From Candidatus Lokiarchaeum ossiferum (GTDB lineage Archaea > Asgardarchaeota > Lokiarchaeia > Sigyniarchaeales > Promethearchaeaceae), in NCBI GenBank assembly GCA_025839675.1, contig CP104013.1:1500001-1532000 (forward strand): DNA of 32,000 nucleotides. Reading direction: 5' to 3'. Below, one piece after another: positions 25,802 to 32,000 of the stretch (its first letter is position 1; every line of letters starts with the position of its first letter). The position numbers were made by a program, and so were the translations under genes. The notes beneath the pieces were generated by a model, which was given only the letters and a program-made list of their open reading frames with translations, was not told the DNA's origin and did not search any database.

Positions 25802-26080
25802 TTAGGAATCGTCCTTATTTAGTTTAGATTTCAATACTTTTAACATCTCAAAATATAAATTTTTATATACAGCCAATTCTTCTTGAGATTTTTCGAATTT
25901 TGCTTTCCAGTTTTCATTCTCTTCATTCACAATCACAATTTTTTTTATTGTTGTATTTGATAAAGCACTTCCAAATTTCAGTTTAAGATTTAGCTGAATA
26001 TCTCGATAGGACATGCCAACTTTTAAAAGCTTCCGTGCAAATTCGATTTTTTCTTCATTATTGTCAGCCATTCTAATCAT
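25802..26080 (-). CDS. Small helix-turn-helix protein with a C-terminal coiled-coil (about 92 aa)
   Basis: The track ORF 25802-26206 overlaps the upstream 774-aa gene by 107 nt. The internal ATG at 26080 (MIRMADNNEEKIEFARKLLKVGMSYRDIQLNLKLKFGSALSNTTIKKIV...) lies 19 nt after that gene's stop. MSYRDIQ...SNTTIKKI looks like a resolvase/IS-type HTH. The tail WKAKFEKSQEELAVYKNLYFEMLKVLK is heptad-like. Confidence 0.55.
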   Translation of the reverse strand: MIRMADNNEEKIEFARKLLKVGMSYRDIQLNLKLKFGSALSNTTIKKIVIVNEENENWKAKFEKSQEELAVYKNLYFEMLKVLKSKLNKDDS

Positions 26081-26099
26081 TACCTTATCAAAACTGAAA

Positions 26100-28424
26100 C
26101 TAAACATTTTTTGATGATTGGATATCATTAAGTATTTTTTCATGTTCTTTACGTAATTCCTCCTCGTTAAAATCCCTAAATTCTTCAATTTGAATCTCTT
26201 TACCACAAAAGTTACAAATTATTACATTAGATTCTGAATCTACACTAGCTCTCACAGAGTAAATAGGTTTTTTGCAATATGAGCAGAAATACTCATTTTT
26301 TGAAGCTTTCTTGTCTTGATTTATGAGGAAAAATCGAGCTCTTCTTAATTCAAGAAGCAATATAGTAATAAAATTAATAATTGCGGGAATTATCATCAGA
26401 TCCCAATTATTGATAGAGGAAATAAAATCTATAGTTTCTAAGACGCTTATATTTGTTAAAAGGGAAAAAAGGGATAAAATAAAACACACAATGAATATTC
26501 TATCATCTAGTTTTTTTTTTTTAAACTTAAGTTGATAGAATTTGCATATGTAATAATAATAGCCAAGTTCCCACAAGATCCATAGGGCTATAAAATTGAA
26601 AATATTATTTCCCGTAAGATCATACAAATATGACTCCACTACGAATTGAATGAAGTTGATATTAACAATAACCCCAAAAAACAATATTCTACCAACAATC
26701 TTAATTAAAAACTTTGTTGAATTAAAAAAAATCAATTTTTGACTATTGCTCTGCAATATAACAGGCTTTTCTAAACTCAAAACAAATTTTATTAAAACCA
26801 ATGAGATAATCATAGCAAAAAAGAAGAGAGTATAGTCAAAATTAGAATAATTATAAGTTAACCAATAAAAAATTCCCATAAATCCAAAAGATATCAATGG
26901 AATCATTAAAATTAATAATCTTATATCAATTTTTAATTTAGATTTTACATTAAAAGCAAGAAGAATAAATATAAGTACCACCGTAAATCGAATAGAGGAC
27001 AATAGGTAGGATCTATAGATTATAACTTCAAAATATAAATAGAAAGTCAAGAAAAAAGAATAAACTGCTGTTTGAATATAATGTTTGATTATATTCCTAA
27101 CATCATTTTCCAATTTCCAATTAAAACCTATTATCTTCAAAAAGATCATACCAACTATAATAAATACACTCACCAATAGGAAAAGAATTGAAGGAATTAT
27201 TAATCCAACTACTATTACCATCAGAATAAATAATGATGGAAAGAGAATAATGATGGAAATCCTATTGCCAAGTTTCTCTTTCAAATCCTTAAAACTTTCT
27301 TTGATACCACATATGAAAGACTTCACCAACGAATTACTTTCAATGAGAATTCCCGGTATAGATAAAGTGCTCTCCATTTTAAAAAGAATATGGAAAATGA
27401 ATATTCCAATCAAGAAACTAAATATATAATCATCCATCCTATGCGAGAAAGTTCCCATAACATCGATTCCAAAAAACCAAGCGATTATGTTACAAAAAAC
27501 TATGAAAAGATAAAAAAAATTTAGTGTCTCCTTTTCATTTAAAATATCATTTCTATTTAAAATATAAATCAATTGAGTTAATGTGAGGAAAATTAGAGAG
27601 AAAAATGCCCCATACCCTCTTAATTCAAAGCTAAAATCAATTGCGTTTATATAAGCGAAGACAAAAATTCCGACCAAGAAAATAGTACGAATTATTAATT
27701 TGGAGTTCATTTTAAGAGATTCGCGAAGAGCAAGGAAATTGAAGAGTCCATAAGAATCTGGAATATTCAGGCAAGATTTATTTAATAAATCATTCACTAC
27801 TTCATTCTTAGTTAATCCATCTTTTAAATCATTATTAGATTTTGGACGATATTTCAAAAATAAAAAACTACAAATGATACTTTCGAATACAAGGAATATA
27901 AATTTATATATTGATGTGATATATAATTGAATAATTCCAATTGCAGAAAATAATATTACCAAAAACCAAAAAAGGAACATTCTAGTTAATTTTGAAAAAA
28001 CCAACTTCTCTTTAATATTGAAATAATGACAAAAAGTTCCGAATTCTAACATGAAAAAAGAAATTAAAAACATACTAGAATAAATCCAATGTGAGAAATT
28101 TGCGATATCTCTACTTATTATGAAGCTCGTAAATAAATTACAATATATTAAGATTATTACGGAGATACTAGAGAAAATATGCTTAGTGTTGAGGAAATAC
28201 GTGATTATTTTTTTTTTTAGAAACTCTTTTTCGCTTATAAAAAATAACGCAAGAGAAATCCATATATACGAAAATATGGATATTATAAAGCCGTTGGATC
28301 TAAAATGTTCCAAGTGGTTCAATTTAAAGAAATAGAGAAAATAAAGGCAAATTGTTGCACATATAATAAAGGAAATGCAAAGTTTCCTTATCAAAGAATT
28401 TGGTGTTTTCAAATCGTTATCCAT
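26100..28424 (-). CDS. Large polytopic membrane protein (about 20 TM segments) with a C-terminal cytoplasmic zinc ribbon; hypothetical
   Basis: 774 aa with an ATG start. I count about 20 hydrophobic segments rich in Phe/Ile/Leu and two hydrophilic loops of about 40-50 aa. The tail is YF-C714-SY-C717-KKPIYSVRASVDSESNVII-C737-NF-C740-GKEI (nt 26205-26285), followed by an acidic/basic helix. The + strand ORFs inside it are shadows. Confidence 0.8.
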   Translation of the reverse strand: MDNDLKTPNSLIRKLCISFIICATICLYFLYFFKLNHLEHFRSNGFIISIFSYIWISLALFFISEKEFLKKKIITYFLNTKHIFSSISVIILIYCNLFTSFIISRDIANFSHWIYSSMFLISFFMLEFGTFCHYFNIKEKLVFSKLTRMFLFWFLVILFSAIGIIQLYITSIYKFIFLVFESIICSFLFLKYRPKSNNDLKDGLTKNEVVNDLLNKSCLNIPDSYGLFNFLALRESLKMNSKLIIRTIFLVGIFVFAYINAIDFSFELRGYGAFFSLIFLTLTQLIYILNRNDILNEKETLNFFYLFIVFCNIIAWFFGIDVMGTFSHRMDDYIFSFLIGIFIFHILFKMESTLSIPGILIESNSLVKSFICGIKESFKDLKEKLGNRISIIILFPSLFILMVIVVGLIIPSILFLLVSVFIIVGMIFLKIIGFNWKLENDVRNIIKHYIQTAVYSFFLTFYLYFEVIIYRSYLLSSIRFTVVLIFILLAFNVKSKLKIDIRLLILMIPLISFGFMGIFYWLTYNYSNFDYTLFFFAMIISLVLIKFVLSLEKPVILQSNSQKLIFFNSTKFLIKIVGRILFFGVIVNINFIQFVVESYLYDLTGNNIFNFIALWILWELGYYYYICKFYQLKFKKKKLDDRIFIVCFILSLFSLLTNISVLETIDFISSINNWDLMIIPAIINFITILLLELRRARFFLINQDKKASKNEYFCSYCKKPIYSVRASVDSESNVIICNFCGKEIQIEEFRDFNEEELRKEHEKILNDIQSSKNV

Positions 28425-28634
28425 AGTTTTTCATCTTATCTTCAATTAATTTAGCAAATTCCAAATTAGGTGATATATGTATAAATTAAATCCATATAAA
28501 TATTTTCAAGTGCTACATTCAAAGTTTGATATAGAACCAAAATCATAATTAATTTGGATTAAGTGAATAACACTCTAAAAACAAATATAAAGATAGAGAA
28601 AAAAAAAGGTAGATAAAATTACAGAAAATGAATT

Positions 28635-29060
28635 TCAATCCACGGAAACCACTTTAATTTTGAAATTTAGAGCTTTTCCAGCCATTGGGTGATTCATATC
28701 AATGGTCACGATTTCATCTGTAACCTTAACAACCAATGTTGGAATTCTCTGACCCTTCTCAGTTTCCCCATAAAACATCATTCCTGGTTCTGGAACCGGA
28801 TCTTTAGGAAATTTATCACGAGGTATTTCATCCAATAAACGATCATCCCTTTCTCCATAAGCATCCTTAGGTTCTAAACGGAAAGTTTTCTCATCGCCAG
28901 AATTCATGCCTATTAATGCATCATAAAACCCTTTGATCAAACTTCCAGGTTTCATTTCAAATTTCATGGGAGATTTCCCTTCAGTACTATCAAAAACTAC
29001 CCCATCATCAAGCGTACCCGTATATTCAAGGCAGATTTTCGAACCTTCTTCAATTGCCAT
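28635..29060 (-). CDS. FKBP-type peptidyl-prolyl cis-trans isomerase, short SlyD-like/archaeal type with an insert-in-flap domain
   Basis: The sequence is MAIEEGSKICLEYTGTLDDGVVFDSTEG...SLIKGFYDALIGMNSGDEKTFRLEPKDAYGERD...VVKVTDEIVTIDMNHPMAGKALNFKIKVVSV, the classic FKBP/SlyD pattern (HYTG-like, GxxxAlxGM, NHPLAGKxL). The ORF track starts at a GTG (29069), and the first ATG is at 29060. Confidence 0.9.
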   Translation of the reverse strand: MAIEEGSKICLEYTGTLDDGVVFDSTEGKSPMKFEMKPGSLIKGFYDALIGMNSGDEKTFRLEPKDAYGERDDRLLDEIPRDKFPKDPVPEPGMMFYGETEKGQRIPTLVVKVTDEIVTIDMNHPMAGKALNFKIKVVSVD

Positions 29061-29289
29061 ATTTTTCACATTTCAAAAAATTTATTCTTGATTAATTCAA
29101 GTTTTTTTCTCGTTAAGGGCTTTGGGAAAATTTCTTCTCAAGAAATTTTTATAAAAGATAGGTGATAATTATGAAATATTTTCTTGTTCTTTCGGAGAAT
29201 TAATTACAATTAATCTTTTCAAAACATCCACTAAGAACATATTTTGAAAAATAATGATTCCAAAATCAAAAAAATAAGGTTTAACATAA

Positions 29290-29718
29290 ATGTCTGACAA
29301 AGAAATTCAAATATATGAGATTGTAAATCGAGAAACTCGTGCTTGGGACACCAAAGATGTTCAATTGCTCATGACCATTTTTCATCCCGATATGGTATGG
29401 CCTTGGCCAAAAACACCCGACTCCCACGATCCGATTAACTGGACAATAGAATGGGGGAGATTTAACTACAAGCGATGGAGCGAAAATTGGCAACAATTAT
29501 TTGATACACACGATTTAGTTCACAATAAGAGAAGTATTAAAAAAATAGAACTCTCAGACGAGGAAGATGGAGCCTTTGCTGTAGTTGATATTGATACATT
29601 ATGGAGAAACAAAGAAAACAAGGAAGAACAAAATTGGAAAGGTCGCGTATGTAAGGTTTACACAAAACTAGAGAAAGAATGGAAACTGATTATGCACACG
29701 GGAGTCTTGAATTATTAA
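29290..29718 (+). CDS. NTF2-fold protein (SnoaL-like / DUF4440-like)
   Basis: 142 aa. The pattern IYEIVNRETRAWDTKDVQLLMTIFHPDMVW...GAFAVVDIDTLW...KEWKLIMHTGV is typical of small NTF2-like alpha+beta barrel proteins. Confidence 0.65.
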   Translation: MSDKEIQIYEIVNRETRAWDTKDVQLLMTIFHPDMVWPWPKTPDSHDPINWTIEWGRFNYKRWSENWQQLFDTHDLVHNKRSIKKIELSDEEDGAFAVVDIDTLWRNKENKEEQNWKGRVCKVYTKLEKEWKLIMHTGVLNY

Positions 29719-29752
29719 AAAAGAAGAATATCTTCTGAACATAATATTGCAA

Positions 29753-30319
29753 TCACCCACGATTTCCTCGTTTTTTTGAGTATTGATGGCCTAAAATGAA
29801 ATTGAATACGTTTGAGGAGATAGAAAACTTTCTTAGATCAAGGGTTTCCACAAAATTTTGAAATTGATTGGGGGTTTTCCAGAAATATTGGATATCTTCG
29901 GTGATTTCCATTTCAGAGTTACCAACAGCTTTTTCATCCACAATGCATTCCACAATATAGGTTCTTTCATCAGATAATCCAGCACTTTTAGTACACAGGG
30001 GACTAATTGAAACAATTTGGCCATCATAGCCAGTTTCTTCTTTCAATTCTCGAAGAGCTGCTTGTTGAGGAGTTTCACCCTTATCTACCAACCCAGCCGG
30101 AAAACTAATTTCTATCTGATTAATAGATGCTCGAGGCTGTGAAATAAATAAAAATTTATTATATCTTCGTGAACGGCAAACTACGGACACAATTTGTCTA
30201 TTTTGATTTCGTGAAACATAATCCCATTCTTGTTTATTTCCCGTTTTATCAAGATAAGTAACTTGCTTTAATTCCAACCATTTGGTAGCATACAAATTCT
30301 TCGTGCTTTGTACTTTCAT
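29753..30319 (-). CDS. NUDIX hydrolase (ADP-ribose pyrophosphatase-like)
   Basis: 188 aa. A complete Nudix box (GX5EX7REUXEEXGU) is present: GLVDKGETPQQAALRELKEETGY. Confidence 0.9.
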   Translation of the reverse strand: MKVQSTKNLYATKWLELKQVTYLDKTGNKQEWDYVSRNQNRQIVSVVCRSRRYNKFLFISQPRASINQIEISFPAGLVDKGETPQQAALRELKEETGYDGQIVSISPLCTKSAGLSDERTYIVECIVDEKAVGNSEMEITEDIQYFWKTPNQFQNFVETLDLRKFSISSNVFNFILGHQYSKKRGNRG

Positions 30320-30404
30320 GACTAATAGTTTTTTTGTGTTCTTAAAAATGTACCTAGGAAATGTTATGTTTTAATTCAATGAAAGTTTTTGGTAGTTGAA
30401 CGAG

Positions 30405-31340
30405 ATGAAGAAAGCGGATTTTAAATACTACGGTTTATTAGTGATCGCAATGTTTTTCTGGGGTTTGAGTTGGCCGCTTGCACAAATCATGGTAGGACAA
30501 GCAACTCCATTTCAGGTTGGATTATTCCGCTTCTTAATTGCCAGCTTACTATACATTATCATTTTATTTTGTACTAACTTTAAAATTATCAAGACATATA
30601 CCTGGAAATCTGTTAGAGATTTTACAATTCTTGGATTATTAGGTATTTTTGGATATGGTTTTTTATTCTTAACTGCTATGCAATTTACTACATCATCGCA
30701 AGGAGCAGCAATCGCAGGAATACAACCAAGCTTAATCGCTATCGCATCCTTTCTTATTTTTGGTGAGAAATTATATCCAAAATGGAAGTATTTTGGGATA
30801 TTATTAAGTTTCTTGGGAGTTTTAACAATTATTGGAATTCAATCCTTCATTGAGTTCAATAAAAATCACCTAATTGGTAATTTTATTGTTTTTATTGCCT
30901 TTTTATTCTGGTGCGGGTATACTCTTTATGGCAAAAAAATTATGCAAAAATATTCTTCATTAGAAACCACCACTTGGAGTTCTTTTACAGGTATGCTTAT
31001 GTTTGGGGGAGCAGCTTTAATTGAAAATAGATGGTCCCAACTGGTAAATGTCCCAGCAAGTTTTTGGTGGAATATTTTAATTTTAGGAGTATTTACAACG
31101 GTAGTGGGCTTTTTCTTATATTTTTATGTTATTAATAAAATCGGCGCAGTTCGTTCGGGAGTTTTTATCAACTTAGTTCCCGTCTTTGGAACACTCCTAT
31201 CAATAATCATTTTGAACCAAGAAATTACATGGACCCTTTGGATTGGTTTAGTTTTAATTTCTGGGGGAATACTTATCATCAATTATCCCAAAGATTTTTC
31301 AAATAAAGAACAACTCAAAGAGCAAATGATTTTAGATTAG
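30405..31340 (+). CDS. EamA/DMT-superfamily transporter (10 TM)
   Basis: Two EamA-like halves of five hydrophobic segments each, with typical WG.nf and G..l..e patterns (FFWGLSWPLAQI, IFGEKLYPKW, IILNQEITW). The track start at 30396 is a TTG, so I prefer the ATG at 30405 (MKKADFKYY...). The 3' end overlaps the convergent HAD gene by 4 nt. Confidence 0.85.
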   Translation: MKKADFKYYGLLVIAMFFWGLSWPLAQIMVGQATPFQVGLFRFLIASLLYIIILFCTNFKIIKTYTWKSVRDFTILGLLGIFGYGFLFLTAMQFTTSSQGAAIAGIQPSLIAIASFLIFGEKLYPKWKYFGILLSFLGVLTIIGIQSFIEFNKNHLIGNFIVFIAFLFWCGYTLYGKKIMQKYSSLETTTWSSFTGMLMFGGAALIENRWSQLVNVPASFWWNILILGVFTTVVGFFLYFYVINKIGAVRSGVFINLVPVFGTLLSIIILNQEITWTLWIGLVLISGGILIINYPKDFSNKEQLKEQMILD

Positions 31341-31975
31341 GATAGAATGGATTTTTTTATTAAAATTTGGTAAATTTCGGATGGATTCTTAACGATATAA
31401 GCATCAATACCGATATTTTGAGCACCAATTACATTGTTTGGGACATCATCAAAGAAGAGAGTTCTAGCGGGTTCACAATTAATCTGGTTTAATAATTTTG
31501 AATAAATTTTAGATTCTGGTTTGTGACACTTCATTTCATGAGAACAAAAGATTTGTTTAAAAAATCGAGTTATTTGTGTGAAATGAATTTTCCAGTGGGA
31601 AGCATGCAAAGCATTTGTATTTGAAAGAATATAAAGAGGATATTTTGATTCTAATTGTTCTAAAATTGGAAGAATACCATTAGGAATTCCAAGATGGATA
31701 TTATTCCAGCCTAATTTAAATATGGAGAAATCCCATTCTATCCCTAAAACCTCTGTGAGATAGGTAAAATAATCCATGGAAGAGAGTTTCCCTATTTCAA
31801 AATCATAAAGTACTGAATCAAATTTATAATTCTTTTGAAAAAAATCAAAGGAATATTCGGTTAAATCAGCCCATTTTTCAAATGTTCGAGTGAAAGTGTA
31901 ATTTATAAGAACATTTCCCAAATCAAAGACGATAGCATCATAAGGCAAATTGAGAGTACTAGATTTTTGATCCAC
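31337..31975 (-). CDS. HAD-IA family phosphatase, YihX-like (sugar-phosphate phosphatase type)
   Basis: 212 aa. Motif I is VFDLGNVLI (the DLGNV variant seen in E. coli YihX), motif II is LSNTN, and K + FFDD is in LFFDDVPNNVIGAQNIGI. The putative start is a GTG at 31975. A later TTG is possible. Confidence 0.8.
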   Translation of the reverse strand: MDQKSSTLNLPYDAIVFDLGNVLINYTFTRTFEKWADLTEYSFDFFQKNYKFDSVLYDFEIGKLSSMDYFTYLTEVLGIEWDFSIFKLGWNNIHLGIPNGILPILEQLESKYPLYILSNTNALHASHWKIHFTQITRFFKQIFCSHEMKCHKPESKIYSKLLNQINCEPARTLFFDDVPNNVIGAQNIGIDAYIVKNPSEIYQILIKKSILS

Positions 31976-32000
31976 AAAATAGCTAGGAAGCCTAAATATT

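Noticed and set aside
25802-26080. Mobile-element remnant, based on the resolvase/IS-like HTH of the small protein
   Set aside because: There is no catalytic transposase or recombinase domain, no terminal inverted repeats and no target duplication nearby. The HTH alone is insufficient.
25802-26206. Full-length 134-aa version of the HTH ORF
   Set aside because: It would overlap the upstream 774-aa gene by 107 nt, and its N-terminal 42 aa are K/N-rich filler. The internal ATG at 26080 lies 19 nt after the upstream stop and starts right before the HTH domain.
2339-28424. Anti-phage defence island interpretation (kinase plus large uncharacterised proteins)
   Set aside because: I found no nuclease, helicase or ATPase, methyltransferase, reverse transcriptase, TIR/SIR2 or toxin-like motif, and no integrase, transposase or tRNA boundary. 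Composition is uniform with the housekeeping flanks. A signalling or envelope neighbourhood explains the content better.
1-32000. tRNA, rRNA, CRISPR arrays, C/D-box sRNAs
   Set aside because: No GC-rich islands of the kind structured RNAs produce in AT-rich genomes are visible in any intergenic spacer. There are no regularly spaced direct repeats. The only near C-box (ATGATGG at about 2289) is imperfect and lacks a paired D box. A covariance-model scan would still be needed for certainty.

Overview
Visibly AT-rich prokaryotic chromosomal segment (about 30% GC by eye, not computed). I call 23 protein-coding genes and found no rRNA, tRNA, CRISPR array, transposase or integrase. The proteins are Ile/Lys/Asn-rich. 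Several signals point to an archaeal, possibly Asgard/Lokiarchaeia-like, genome, but this is inference: CxxC...CxxC zinc ribbons fused to signalling and structural proteins, PP1-arch-type PPP phosphatases, a Hanks kinase, a short SlyD-like FKBP, and a Shine-Dalgarno site seen at an internal operon gene but not at the first genes I checked. The flanks are housekeeping: RNase Z, a PfkB sugar kinase, FKBP, an NTF2-like protein, NUDIX, an EamA transporter and a YihX-like HAD phosphatase. The core (about 2.3-28.4 kb) is unusual and has two arms. The + arm holds a tightly coupled operon (zinc-ribbon Ser/Thr kinase with an FHA-like tail, PPP phosphatase, bare 7-TM protein), then an HtpX-like M48 protease with a long C-terminal extension, then two tandem paralogous giant (1167 and 1112 aa) double-FtsX/MacB-type permeases with no ABC ATPase in the window. 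The convergent - arm holds a roughly 20-TM protein with a C-terminal zinc ribbon, a small HTH protein, a small Cys protein, a membrane thioredoxin-like protein (CYYC), CcdA, a second zinc-ribbon PPP phosphatase, a GH38 alpha-mannosidase, and a 1168-aa helical-repeat protein capped at both ends by zinc ribbons. The best candidates for an undescribed system are the kinase/phosphatase/7-TM cassette and the zinc-ribbon-capped giant repeat protein with its roughly 120-residue super-repeat. Four otherwise unrelated proteins carry zinc ribbons, which may link these parts. All functional links are hypotheses; nothing here could be checked against databases.
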